Source: Carcharhinus amblyrhynchos (taxonomy: Eukaryota). Taken from it: a stretch of 64,000 nucleotides of DNA. Where the stretch lies: the NCBI GenBank assembly GCA_965287045.1, contig OZ336881.1, positions 81,530,001 through 81,594,000 on the forward strand. Direction: 5' to 3'. Shown piece after piece: positions 34,318 through 47,453 of the stretch (positions within the stretch are counted from its first letter, which is position 1; every line of letters begins with the position of its first letter). The notes beneath the pieces are model-generated. The model searched no databases and was not told where the DNA came from. It was given only the letters and a program-made list of their open reading frames with translations. The position numbers and the translations under genes were made by a program.

Positions 34318-37300
34318 CCATCTCATCACCTTGGCAGATGATTGCACTGCTCTCTTCTATTCTGTCTGAAGTGTTTGAGGTGTCTGTTGCCAGTTCTTCG
34401 CGAACACCGGGATCTTTCGTGCTTTGATCCATCAGGTTCTCCACGTGGACCTCCCAGGCCCGGTGCTGCTCCGTGTCCTCCGGCCCCCTGGCCGTGCGGG
34501 AGTCGTCGGATCCCATCACTTCCACACTCCGGCCTGGGGGTCGCTCTCCGTTGGCCTCCGCGGATACCGGCGTCATCGCAGTCCTGTCTTCTGCCACTGG
34601 TCCTGAGGAGACTGGCGCCTGTTCCCCTGGAGGAGGGGGGCTCCACGGGGATGGCGGGACAAGTAGATTCAGTTTGGGTTTCCTGGCGATGGGGGGTGGC
34701 ATTTTGGCGGCCGATTTGGCACTGGGGTTTTCAGGCGGGGGTGTCCTCTCCGGCTGTTGTCTTTTATCAAGCCTGGCTTCGACGCTCTGAGGGGAGCGGG
34801 GGGCAGGGCTGGGAGGCCGAACCCGGAGCTCCGGCTCATTCCCAGCTCCCGTCTCAGGGCCGCTCCAGGGGGCCAACGTTTCAGGCCAATCCGTGCTGCC
34901 ACTGGTCTTGTCCTCCGCGCTCAGGGCGAGGCTGGTGTCGGGGACAGTTCTGGCCTCGTGTTGGTTGGCAGGTCGGCAGAGGGGGGGAGGCCGCTGGAGC
35001 ACAGCCGGCTTCCGGGGTGGCGGCGGAGACGTCGGCTGCTCTGGTCGCAGTTTCGGCCGGGGGCTTGGCTCCTTCACCGGCCTCGGGGGGTCATCTGGCT
35101 CGGCCCTCCTCACCGACCTCAGCTGCACCGTCTGCAGAGCGCTGGCCGTGATGAGGGGCAGGCCCAGGGCTGGTCTGTAGGCCTCAGCCTGCTCGGCTGG
35201 GGCCTTGGGCTCCTTGTCGCTGGGCCGGGCGGGCGAGCGCGGGGGCTTCGCGCAGTTCGATGCCTTCAGATCCAGCGGGGGAGCTGGAGGGGGCGGCACA
35301 GCCAGAGAGGGGGCTGCAGGGGGCAAGGGGGGAGCAGGAGGGGGCAGGGGGGGAGCAGGAGGGGGCAGAGCGGGTGCAGCGCTGAAAGGAGGGGGCAGGG
35401 GGAGGCTGGAGGGGGCCGAGGGGAGGCTGGAGGGGGCCGAGGGGAGGCTGGAGGGGCCAGCAAAGGAGGAGGGGGCAGGATAGCCAGAGGGGCAGCAGGG
35501 GGGGTCAAGGTGCAGACTGGTGGTGGTGGAGGGGGAAGTGGAGGGTTCGGATCAGGAGCCATGGATAACGCAGGGGGTGCGTTTGAAGGAAGCGCTCCGC
35601 TCTCCCGCACTTGATGCCGGGACTCCGAGGTGTTTGAGGATAGGGATGCAGACGAGGAGGAGGCTGACACGGAGGACAGCAGCGAGGATTTCCGCTCGGG
35701 GACCTTTGGCTTTGGCTTGGTGGGCCCTGGCGATGATTGGCGAGAGAAGACGGGCGCTGGGTTCAGCATGGTGGGGGTGTTACACTGGCTGGAGTAGCCG
35801 CTCGAGGGCGAGGTGACCCCATGGGACTTGTCTGGGGACGGGCTCTTTGGTTTGGCCGAGATGCTGGTGACGAGCGGCGGGCAGGCCCTCGGCAACTCGT
35901 CCGGCGTGCAGTCCCAGGCGCTGGCCCGTGCTGCCTCGTCCTGGCTCCTCCCGCCTACCCCCTCGGTGTAATAGGCCCAGGGGTCGCTGTACTCGGAGCG
36001 CAGGCTGCTGGTCTCGCTCTGGGATGGCGTGGCTGCGCTGGTGGAGTAGGCGTTGCTGGCAGCGGTGGAACGCCCGCTGCTGTTGCTGCTGCCCTCGCCA
36101 GCGCTGGCGTTGCTCTGGCTGCGGGGGCGCATGGCCCAGGGGTCGCGGCCCTCGCCGGGGGAGGCCGAGGGGCCATCTTGATCCTTGAGGTTGACCTCCA
36201 GCGAGCGCTGGAGGGTAGCGATGAGCGACTCGCTGAGCACGGGCCGGGCACCCTTGGGCTTCTTGCGCAGGGAGTCCGTGCGGGCGGGGGGGAGGGGCGG
36301 CTTCTTGGTCTTCTTCAGGGAGATGCTGCGGCCCAGGGACCGGTCGCTGTACTCGGTTCGGCCTTCCGGGCCTCGCCGGCCTCTGCCCTCGCCCCGCGAC
36401 CTGGCCGCCAGCTCAGCGGGCGGGAGCGGCACCTCCGAGTACAGGGGGCTCCAGTCCACCTCGGCGGGGGGAGGAGAGAGGGGGCGCTCCGGGTTCTCGG
36501 GGGTTTGAGAGGCGGGGGCCCGAGGGCCCGGGCTCACGGCCTGTGTCCCCGCCGCCCGGGGGGGCTGGGCGCTCGGCGGCGTCTCGCGCGCCGGGCCTGG
36601 TGCCGTCCCGCTGCGGTCCCGGGCGTACAGGGGCTCCGCCAGATCGGCCCGCCAGCCCATCGCCAGGGAGACGGCCGAGTCGCAGCGGGACGGGGGCAGG
36701 GCGGTGTCAGAGGTCGGGGAGTGCCGGCCCGAGCTGCCGCCGTTGCCTCCGCTGCTGCCGCTCCAGTTGCCGCTGGAGGAGTGGTGCTCCTCCCGCAGTC
36801 CGTTGGCACCGCCCAGGGCAGCGGCGGTGAGGGGCGCGGCAACGCCAGAGCCCGCCGCCGGCAGCGGGCAGCCTCCCCGGCCCTGTGAGGTGCGTATGGC
36901 CACCACCTCGGCCTTGGAGGACAGCGTGGTGTGGGCGATGATTTGGATGGGGCAGACGGCGCTGGGCAAAGCGGCGCGCACCGTCCCGGCGGACTCTCCC
37001 CCCGTGGCCTGACGGCCCGTAATCTCCTGGGATTTCGGTCTGGACAGGGGGGCTGTCCGGAGCTGGGACGCCGAGCCGTCCGCACGCAGCTTGCCCACCC
37101 TCCCGGGCAGCGTGCCAAAAGGCTCCTCCGACTTGCGCAGGCCGTGGTGGGCACAGTCTAACTCGTGCAGCGAGACTCGGGCTCCCGGTCGGGGCAGGCT
37201 GTGGAAATGCAGGTCCCCGCTGGCACGCGGAGTCCCGTCGCCGACAGTCAACATGTTGCTCGACGAGTGGGAAAGTTGGGCGGCGATGCCCTGTCCTTTC

Positions 37301-37475
37301 TGTGCCCGAATCCTCCGGACTGATGGCGGCACCACCTTGACCTCTTCAGTTTGGCAAGAGGAGTCCTTGGTCGTTGACCGCCCCCTGGTGGTTTTGCTGC
37401 TTTCCAGACGACTTACGGTGGAATATTGACCAGGGAGGATAATGGAGTGACCTCTGACCTGTATCTGTCCAGAGC
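34318..37475 (-). CDS. NHSL1: NHSL1 large Pro/Ser-rich exon with apparent 1-nt frameshift near 35400
   Basis: gacAG/GTaaga; DSSCQTEEVKVVPPSVRRIRAQKGQGIAAQ, RSISLKKTKKPPLPPARTDSLR, VTSPSSGYSSQCNTPT, KPKVPERKSSL, LPLITASALQTVQLRSV; split over two ORFs in different frames; length 3158 = 3n+2. Confidence 0.92.
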
Positions 37476-37499
37476 CTGTCAAATTAAAAGCAAACATCA

Positions 37500-38040
37500 A
37501 CATTGCGGAGAAATGGACTGGAGAGCTGTCAATGTGGCCTTCCCACAGCATCGTAACGTAGTAAAACACCACAAAACTGCTCACTCTCAGACAAAGATCA
37601 CACAAGGAGACATTAAAGCAGACGGCAGAAAGCTTGGTCAAGGTAAGTTTTGAGGGGCATCTTAAAGAAAAGAGAAAGATGGAGAGGTTTCGAGAAGGAA
37701 TTCCAGAGCCTAAGGTCCAGGCAGCTGAAGCCATGGTCACCAATGGTGGAGCGAAGGGACTTAGGGATTCTCACGATGCTGAATTGGAGGAGTGCAGATG
37801 TCTCAGAAGGTTGTGGGGCTGGAGGAGATTGCAGAGACTGAGAGAGCGGAGAGGCCATGGAGCGATTTGGATTTTAAAACGGGGGGGGGGGGTGCTGTTT
37901 CCAAGGGTGTCAGTGTTGGGGGCACGGGAAAGATGTCTGAATGGAACTCGCTGTGAGTTAAGAGATGGGCTCAAATTTGGATAAACTCAAGTTAATTGAG
38001 GGCGAAAAGTGAGAGGTTGGCGAGAAGAGTGATGGAATAG
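37500..38040 (-). mobile_element. L2-like LINE 3' fragment
   Basis: FSCL..RLWNS.SKPLHLS.FKMPLKTYL remnant; related + copy at about 56300-56940. Confidence 0.65.
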
Positions 38041-38424
38041 TTCAGAGAAGGTTCACCAGTTTGATCCTGGGTATGGAGGGGTTCTCCTATGAGGAGAGGT
38101 TGACTAGTTGGGCCTGTATTCATTGGGAGTTTGGAAGAATGAGAGGTGGCCTTATTGAGACATCTCAGATTCTCAGGGGGTTTGACACTGACAGGGTGTT
38201 TCCCCTTGTGGGAGAGTCTAGGACCAGGGGACGTAATCTCAGAGTGAGGGGATCAGCCATTTAAGACAGAGTTAAGGAGGAATTTCTTCTCTTAGAGGGT
38301 AGTGAATCTGTGGAATTCTTTGCCTCAGAAGTTGGGTTGTTACTTATGTTCAAGGCTGAGAGACAGAGGTTTAATCAGTGAGGGAATTAAGGCTTATGGG
38401 GATCAGGCAGGAAAGTGGAGCTCA

Positions 38425-38706
38425 TAGAATCCCTATAAGAGGAGGCAATTCGGCCCATCGAGTTTACACTGACCACAATCCCACCCACATCCTATCCCCA
38501 TAACACATATTTACCCTGCTAATCTCCTGACACTCAGTTTAGTCATGGCCAATCCACCTCACCCGCACATCTCTGGGCTGTGGGAGAAAACTGGAGCACC
38601 CGGAGGAAACCCACGCAGAAAGAGAGTGCAAACTCTGCACAGACAGTGACCCGAGGCCAGAATTGAACCCGGGACCCTGTGAGGCAGCCGTGCTAACCAC
38701 CGTGCC
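38425..38706 (-). mobile_element. HE1-like SINE inserted into a CR1 3' end
   Basis: CR1 38040-38422 resumes at 38712 (ggattatcacatcagatcagcc). Confidence 0.82.
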
Positions 38707-38959
38707 GAGCGATGGATTATCACATCAGATCAGCCGTGACCTCGTTGAATAGCAGAGCAGACTCAATGGGCCGAATGGCCTGCTCCTCCTCCTGATTTGG
38801 ATGATCACCCCACGTTGATGGATGGACGCCCAATGAGAATGGGAGGAAAGAAAATTGAGTCCTTCTGACCACCGTGAATTTGGCAAATCCACCTGCTATT
38901 GCCTCTCCATGGGGACAGAGAACGGGTCCTCCAAAGACAGCGTTACAGCTTCCTTCTCA

Positions 38960-39310
38960 AATCCTTTTTTTTTAATTCATTCATGGGACAGGGGTGTTGC
39001 TGTCTGGGCCAGTATCCCTAGCTGCCCGAAGGCAGTTGAGAATCAACCACATTGCTGTGGCTCTGGAGTCACATGTAGGCCAGACCGGGTAAGGACGGCC
39101 GATTTCCTTCCCTAAAGGGCATTAGCGAACCAGATGGGTTTTTCCGACAATCGGCAATGGTTTCATGGTCATCAGTAGATTCTTAATCCCAGATATTTTT
39201 TACTGAATTCAAATTCCGCCATCTGCCATGCTGGGATTCGAACCCGGGTCCCCCAGAACATCAGTTGAGTTTTCTGGATTAATAATCTAGCGATAATGCC
39301 ACGAGGCCAT
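38960..39310 (-). mobile_element. Third SINE family (tRNA-like head, LINE-like tail)
   Basis: ggattcgaacccggg box and shared core cacattgctgtggctctggagtcacatgtaggccagacc; also at about 10640-10970, 31770-31990, 45300-45550. Confidence 0.65.
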
Positions 39311-41287
39311 CGGCTCCATGCAGTCATGTGGAGTCAGTCAGCCTGATCTCATTAACCCTGCTCCTCTCCTTCACAGGGATTGTTCTACGGGTTCTGGCTG
39401 TACATTGACACACTCCATTTTATATTCATGCTTGAATCTATTTAGTGAATGTCTGTGAGGCTGCTCAGTTTTGGAGTACATCATGCGGTGGCACAGTGGT
39501 TAACAGCGCCAGGGACCCAATTTCGATTCCTGGCTTGGCTCATGTGTGGAGTTTGCACATTCTCCCCGTGTCTGCATGGGTTTCCGCTGGGTGCTCCGGT
39601 TTCCTCCCACTGGAGGAAAGACGTGCTGTTTAGGTGTGTTGGCCATGCTAAATTCTCCCTCAGTGTACCCAAACAGGCGCTGGAATGTGGCGACGTGGGG
39701 ATTTTCACAGTAACTTCATTGCAGTGTTAACGTAAGCCTACTTGTGACACTAATAAATAAACTTTAAACCCTGAAAGGGACATATACAGACAGCCGCCAA
39801 AAGCACGTATGATCGAAATGCTGAGAGATTGCTGAGCTGAGGTGCAGAGGGATCTGGGTGTCCTGGTGCACGAATCACAAAAGCTAACACACAGGTACAG
39901 GAAGTAATCAGGAAATGTGATAGAACGTTAGTGTTTATTGTGAGAGGAATTACATACAGAAATAGGGAGATTATGCTTCATTTGTTGTGGAATCCATTAA
40001 TTCCTCCAAATAATCTGTGGGTACTTGGTACAATTTTAAAGAAATTATTTATTGAATATAACTTGAAATGAACCTAACAGAAATGAAAGAGGATTACTTA
40101 AGAGAGAGGGGGTGTGAGAGGGAGGGTCGAGTTGGGGACTGATGTCTAGCCAGACCCAAAAACCTTGGAGTGTTCGACTGAAGAACAACTAAAAAACAAA
40201 CAGCGTCTACTGACAATATACAAGTTCAGTTATTTTTTTCTTGTTAAAATACTAGGTACAAGCAGTCTCCAGCTTTCAAAAGCAACTGAGAGCTGTGAGA
40301 CCATGAAAGCTTCTGTTTATGCAAAACTTTGCCTGCCTTGTACTTTCAGATGTGGTCAATTTCTCAGCTCAAAATTTCAAGCTGAGTTTTAAAATGTGGC
40401 CAAGTTAGCTTAAAGCATAGCGTAATCAGTTACATTAGGCAGAAATATCTTTCAAATGAAGCCTTTTAACTAATGCAAACCGTATAGAGGATCCCACAGT
40501 TGTACAGGACGCCAGTGAGACCATACTTGGAATACTGTGCACAGCACCGGGCACCTTATTTAAGAAAGGATGTAAATGCATTGGAAGCAGGTCAGAGGTG
40601 AACTTACTCAGAAGGGTTGTCTTATGAGGAAATGTTGGACTTGTATCTGCTGGAGTTTGGAAGAGTGAGAGGCGACTTGATTGAAACATAAGGTGCAGAG
40701 GGTGGATGTGGAGAGGATGTTTCCTCCTGCGGCAGAATCTAGGACTACAGGGTCACTGTTTAAAATAAGGGGTTGCTCATTTAAAACAGAGGCAAGGCAA
40801 AATTCATTCACTCAGAGGGTTGAGTGTCTCCGGAGCTCTCTGCCTGGACAGGGGTTGGAGATAAAATATTTTTAAGGCAGAGGTGGAAAAATTCTTGGTA
40901 AGCAAGGGGATGAAAGATTATTGGGAGTAAGCGGGATGCAGATGTGAGGTTCTAATCAGATCAGCCACGATCTTATTAAACAGTAGAGCAGGATTGAAGG
41001 GCCAAGTGGCCTCCTGCTGCTCCTTGTTCATATATAACACATAACGTGTGGGTCAGTATGACTGGACATTCGTCCACTGCCCAAGGTCACCTTTGGGGGG
41101 GTGTGACGCACAGTATGGTCGGATGCAGTTGGTTCTTTGACCTCCCCCTGACATCTGCTTATGGCTACGTTCAAGAACCGTAATGTTTTATACCCATCTC
41201 ACTTGAATAGCAGGTGACCCACTGTCTGACTCCCCTTTACACTGCAGCTTTTAAAAATACCTTGCTCCCCTGTATCCCTGGTATCTG

Positions 41288-41608
41288 GGTGGCACGATGG
41301 CACAGTGGTTAGCACTGCTGCCTCACAGCATCAAGGACCTGGGTTCGATTCCCGGCTTGGGTCACTGTCTGTGTGGAGTTCGCACACTCTCCCCGTGTTT
41401 GCGTGGGTTTCCTCCGGGTGCTCTGGTTTCCTCCCACAGTCCAAAGATGCTCGGATTAGATGCATTGGCCCAGCTAAATTGCCCCTCAGCGTCCTGGGAT
41501 GCTTAGGTTAGAGGGATTAGCGGGGTAAATGTGTGGGGTTACGGGGATAGAATGGGATTGTTGTCAGTGCAGGCTCGAATGGCCTCCTTCTGCACTGTAG
41601 GGATTTTA
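41288..41608 (+). mobile_element. HE1-like V-SINE
   Basis: A/B boxes, V core, CR1-type tail. Confidence 0.88.
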
Positions 41609-42599
41609 CGTTAAAGTTGTAGGCTCAGAATGAGGCCTATCCTCAGAATGAGGAAGCCACTCTTAATGATGTGAACATGTGGGGGACTGACACACAGTCC
41701 TGGCCATGCAAACTAAACCAGCAATAGATACATTAGGGAGAAACTACAGCTGGTTGTCCCCTACGTAGACAATGAGACCCTCCGCACTTTAGCTGCAAAA
41801 CTGTTGAACATTTCTGAATATTATAGTGGGTTTGAACATCATTGCAAACTGAGTAGAACAAGACTTTATCATTGATAATACCCCCACACACTGAATGGAA
41901 GGAAATTAATTGCAAATTGCATACTTTGGGCATCCTTCCTTTCCTTCCTCAGTCTTTCTCCCCTCTCACTCTCTCTCCAAATCACTTCCTCTCCCTCTCT
42001 CTCCAAATCACTTTCTCTCCCTCTCTCTCTCCCTCTCTCCCTCTCTCTTTGCTCCATCTCTCTCTCTCTTTCTCCCCCGCTGTTTCACTCTTTCCCACTC
42101 TCACCTCTTTCTGTCCTCCTCTTTTTCTCTCCCTCCCTACCTTGCTCTCGCTCTTTCCTCTCTGACAGAGTCACCGCCCAAATCGCGGAGTGTTGGCAAG
42201 TCTGTCCTGAGCATCCCCTTGCCTGAGTTGAATCCCACCCCCCCCCCCCCCCCCCACCCCTCACAGCCTTTCCGGTGGGGGTTCTGGGGTCCCTGGATAA
42301 CAATTAAGGACCCTGGGCCGCTGAGGCCAACCGTAAAGCTCCTCCCTGCCCTCCACCAACTGATGAGATCGGCCAGCTCAGCAGGGAGCAGGTGCTGGTC
42401 CCGGGATCTCACTGTGCCACTTGGCTCAGTACCTCTCAGGCCCGAGCTTAACCAGTTGGGAGAGAGGGCAGGCTGAGAGAGGAGCCTCAGACATTCTCGG
42501 TCCCTTCCTTTCCTGCCCAGACAACACCGTTCTCCTGGGAACATTTTACCGCTGGCTATCAGACTGTATTGGCAGGAGATGGATGAAAACTACTGATTA

Positions 42600-42650
<51 letters not shown>

Positions 42651-42739
42651 GACACACAGGCACACACAGACAGACACGAGGGGATACATGATGTTAGATG
42701 AGAAGGGAGGGCTGTGAATACAGTACTGATTAGCCATAC

Positions 42740-42871
42740 CTAGTTCCTTCTGGATGGAGTCGGGCAGCCCAGTGATTGTCTTTCTCCGTTTGATTCTCGT
42801 GGGCCGCCTCAGTGCGGTATCCGAGCGGACAAGAGACCGCCTAGTGCCCGCCTGGCGATCGAAGCTCTCGC
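42740..42871 (-). CDS. NHSL1: NHSL1 coding exon
   Basis: taccAG/GTatgg; GESFDRQAGTRRSLVRSDTALRRPTRIKRRKTITGLPDSIQKEL; 132 nt. Confidence 0.94.
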
Positions 42872-43149
42872 CTGGTAGGAAGCAGCACAGCAAGCAAAGC
42901 AACCGTTACTACACAGCCATCGCCCAATCCGGTCATTAAACCCGCTGGTCTGGGCCACCAACTGACCCCCTGCCCCATACCAGCCGGGCTGCCCACCGTG
43001 GCCCTCCTCGGTCTCAGCAAACCACTGCTCTCCAGACCAACCATTAATACAGAGATTAGAAGAGGACGAGGCCATTCAGCCTCCTTGGGAACTAGGTAGT
43101 TCAGGGCTCTCTTAAGGTCAATGTGCAAGTTCAGTCGGCAGTTAGGATT

Positions 43150-43775
43150 CAATGTTAGCATCCATGTCGAGAGGGCTAGAACACAAGGGCAGGGATGTAC
43201 TTCTGAGGCTGCATAAGACTCTGGTCAGACCCCATATGGAATGCTGTGAGCAGTTTTGGGCCCCACACCTAAGGAAGGATGTGCTGGCCTTGGAAAGGGT
43301 CCAGAGGAGGTTCACAAGAATGATCCCTGGAGTGAAGGGTTTGTCGTATGAGGCGCGGTTGAGGGCCTGTACTCGATGGAGGATGAGGGGGGGGATCTAA
43401 TTGAGACTTACAGAATACTGAGAGGCCTAGATAGAGTGGACATGGAGAGGACGTTTTCACTAGTGGGAGAGACTGGAACTCGAGGGCACAACCTCAGAAT
43501 GAAGGGATGCTCCTTTAAAACCGAGATGAGGTGGAATTTCTTCAGCCAGAGGGTGGAGAATCTGTGAAACTCATTGCCACAGAGGGTTGTGGAGGCCAGG
43601 TCATTGAGTGTCTTTCAGAGAGAGATAGATAGGTTCTTGATCAGGAAGGGATCAAGGGTCATGGGGAGAAGGCAGGAGAATGGGGGTGAGAAAAAATCAG
43701 CCATGATTGAATGGCGGAGCAGATGCGACAGGCCAAATGGCCTAATTCTGCTCCCATGTCTTTTGGCCTTATGGT
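43150..43775 (+). mobile_element. CR1 LINE 3' fragment
   Basis: LVRPHMECCEQFWAPHLRKDVLALERVQRRFTRMIPG. Confidence 0.9.
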
Positions 43776-44845
43776 CTCCAGCCTATTCTAACATTCACTG
43801 AGATTGTAGTTTATCTGTGTTTTAACTCCATATACAGTGGCTAATCAACGCAGGCTGGAATGCCTCATGTGCTGGGATACTGTGGAGAATAAATTGTAAC
43901 TCATTTACGATTGCTCGAATCGACACTCATACACAGGGGCCTGTGGTTCTGAGCAGACAAAAGGTATAGATATATATTCAAGCAATTGGGGGCAGGAGTA
44001 GGTCAGATACTTCCTTGTACCCGATTGGCCATTCAACCAGATCATAATTGATCTTCATCAATTCCACCTCCCCATGTAGGCTCATATATCCCTCGATTCC
44101 CACAATGTCCAAAAATCTACCCTTTGCCATTTGGCCTGTTGTACCAGGCCAGCTCACTGCAAGAGCGACTCGCAATCCCCACCACAAGTCCTTTCTTCTC
44201 TTCAGATAATTATCCGGATCCCTTTTCAAAGCCACGATTGAATCTGTTTCCATCAGGCTCTCAGGTGGGCCGTTCAACATCCTAACCGCTGGCTACTGTG
44301 CAAGAAGGTTTCTCCTCCGCTGCCTCTTCTGCCAATCAACTTAAATCAGGGTCTTCTGGTCCTCAACCTTTCTGTCAAAAGTTGGGGGGGGGGCAGTTTC
44401 TCCCTATCTGCTCTGTGCAATAGCACTGTTTTCATTTCTATACATACTTCATAGAATTACACAGACTCTACAGCACAGAATCAGGCCATTCGGTCCAACT
44501 GGTCCATGCTGCCCTTTATCTCCCACATCAGCCTCCACCCACTCTACTTCCAAGTTAATCAGTATTTTCTTCTATTCCTTCCCCCCCTCCCGTGCTTATT
44601 CAGTTTCCCTTTAAAGCCACCACTCTTGTTGGCGTCAACCACACCCTGCGATAGCACCTTCCACAGTTTATTTTGTCCCTATTGACTTGCCGGATTCACC
44701 ATTGCAGGTTTAGCCCCAGAGGTTCCTTTTGGAAAGTGGTGAATGACTGTTCGGCACAGCTTTTGGGAAATCCCTGCGACGCAACGAAGTTCCAGCCTCT
44801 CCCATCCTCCGCTGTCTCGCGAAGAGACGATCCTGCACCACGTAC

Positions 44846-45038
44846 CTGTTACATTTATGGGGATGATGTCGCTCTGTACCGCCTGGGCTTGTTGGCGCAT
44901 CCTCTCCTCTGGAGTGGGCAGTGGAAGGGCCTTCGTCCAGTTGGTCTGGACATCAATCTCGGAGAGGTCACTGGGCACCGGGGTCTTAGGCCTCCTGGAG
45001 TAGTACAGCTTTTCCTCGTCAGCAGTTGAAACTGTGGA
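44846..45038 (-). CDS. NHSL1: NHSL1 coding exon
   Basis: tttgtgaAG|TCC chosen by phase, GTacgt donor; STVSTADEEKLYYSRRPKTP...QTNWTKALPLPTPEERMRQQAQAVQSDIIPINVT; 193 nt, phase 0 to 1. Confidence 0.92.
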
Positions 45039-47317
45039 CTTCACAAAGAGACAGGCAGTTTTTAGGAAAAGGCCATTTGGTCCAACAAATCTATCCCATT
45101 ATTTTCACCTTTCCCGCTATGCTCCTTAATGTCCCTCCTCCCTCTGTTGAAATAAGAGAAGGCCTCCTCATAACTGCTCTACCATTCAACTGTCCTGTTT
45201 CTGAACTCGATTCACCTGCCTTGGTTCTACATCACCGAATACCCTCACCAACAAAAATCTACCAATCTTAGCTTTGACATTTTCCATTGAAGCCAAAACA
45301 AGTGTTTTTCATGAGATGTGGGAACCGCTGGAAAGCCCCACATTAGCTGTCCATCCCTAAATGCCCTTACACTGAGTGGCTTGCTGGGAAATTTCAGAAG
45401 AGTCAACCGCATCTGGAGTCACATATATACCAGATAAGGACAGTAGATTTCCTTTCCCAAAGGGCAATAGTGAAGCAGAAGGGTTTTTAACTGATGCTAG
45501 CTGCCAGGTCACCGTCACTCAGACTTGCTTTAAATGCCAGATTTAAATGCCAGGTTGGGTGGGTGGGGGGGAACGTTGATGTGGAAATGGGGTTACGCAG
45601 TTCAAACAATTCGTCATCCTTTGTGAAGCCCCAAAACCAGTGGCCTCATTGATCGGAGCAGCTCAGGAGAGTGAGAAGCAATGATGGCAATCGGTGAGTC
45701 AACAGTGCGTTGATCTTACTTAGGGGTAGAGCAGGCTCGATGGCCCAGTGGCCTACTCCTGCTCCTATTTGTGATCTTATGTCGTATCCAAGGTCAGAAA
45801 CCGGTACCCTCCCCCCCCCCCCCCCCAAGAAACATAATTACTAACAATAAACCTTGTACACTTCGGATCGAGGAAGCGGAGTTAAAATGAAAAAGCAAAA
45901 TATACTCCTTTGTTCTGCTACCGTGATACCACCAACTTTTAGGTGGATGACTTACTGCCTGAGGGATCATCAGTACGTCAAACAGTGGGAACGTCTAACA
46001 CTGCTGCCCTCATCCCAGGAGGATTACTGCGTATCGCCAGGCTCCTCCATCAATCTCGATGCTTGGGCCCCTCACTGATCGCTGCGGAACATTATGGGGA
46101 ATCCAGCTCTCCCCTCTCTGCCCTCAGCAGGGTGGCCGGGTGGTTAATCTGGGTGGGAATCACGGCTGGGTCCTCTCTCACCAACAAGTGCAGGCTGGAC
46201 CTCCCTTTCTGGATAGGAGTGGCAGGCATTAACCGTCAGGGGTTTTAAAATATAGAGGGGAGGCGTGCGAACTATCCAGACCACTGCTCATTCCTTCTCA
46301 TTCAAGGAAACCGCGGGCTTGAGTTGGGTAGATGGTGGGTGGGGTGGGAGTACAGACCCTGTTAGTGATTTTATATTGACACAGGGGTAGGGGACAGTTT
46401 GTGACATTACGTAGGTGTACGATGACACAAATTATTCCTGGAGTACAAAGGAGTGGGTTCTTGTGCAATCTGATAGTGATGGAGGCTGCGGGGGTAGCGG
46501 GTGGGGGCTGGTGAGGATTCAGACCATCTTAATTCATCCATCCAGACAGATGCTAAAGTTGCCCAAATTTCTGCATCCAATTATTTCATTGCTGTTCCTG
46601 GAATTTCGTCCAGAGCTTTGGTCAGGCTTGGTGTGAAGGGCCTGACCTTAATCTTAAAATTTACCTTACACTCGTCTGAATCTATGGAAAGCAATATTTA
46701 TCTTTTTATTCCCATCCTACATCGCTTCTTGGCTAAGATCAGGTGTCAGATCAAGCCCGAGATGGGGTGCAGTGCCTTATCTTGTCAGCTTGGACCTTGT
46801 TTGTCTCTCCTGTGGGGGGCCCTTGGATTGGATTCAATTGGACTTTAAACTTGGTTTTTGGAGCAAGGAAGGAATGGGTTTGGGTTTGCCTGGTCCACTC
46901 TGAGCACTGGCTTTGGAACTTCAAGGATGGAGTAAACATTTTTTAAAAATTCTTACATCTCTTTGAAAAATCCTCATTTAGATATCTCTGTCTCAGGCTG
47001 AAAATCCCAAGCCTCTCCTGTATCCTTCTCACAACTTAATCCTTCTTAAGGCACCAATGTGTTCCTCTTCCCCACTCTCAGCTAGCCACTGCCCCACTCC
47101 GCTCTTGCTTGTTCAGTTCAATCATTGTCTAATCCCACACCACAGCAAGCGACAGGAAGCAGGGGGTTAACAGCAGCTGAGGTAGTAAAAGCAAAAAACC
47201 TGAGAAGCAACACACGAGAACTCTGCCACTCCCCGAAGGACAGAAACCTCTCACGCAGATGTGAGCCAGACACACACACGGTACATATTCACCCACAGAC
47301 TCACAGACACACGCGCG

Positions 47318-47453
47318 NNNNNNNNNNNNNNNNNNNNNNNNNNNNNNNNNNNNNNNNNNNNNNNNNNNNNNNNNNNNNNNNNNNNNNNNNNNNNNNNNNN
47401 NNNNNNNNNNNNNNNNNNNNNNNNNNNNNNNNNNNNNNNNNNNNNNNNNNNNN
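47318..47453. other. Assembly gap (136 N) next to a CA repeat
   Basis: run of n. Confidence 0.99.

Noticed and set aside
34342-37012. Long + strand ORFs opposite NHSL1 (likewise 12339-13271 opposite ARFGEF3)
   Set aside because: Antisense shadows of GC-rich coding exons
34318-37475. NHSL1 as a pseudogene
   Set aside because: All splice sites and motifs are intact and there is a single lesion in a homopolymer run
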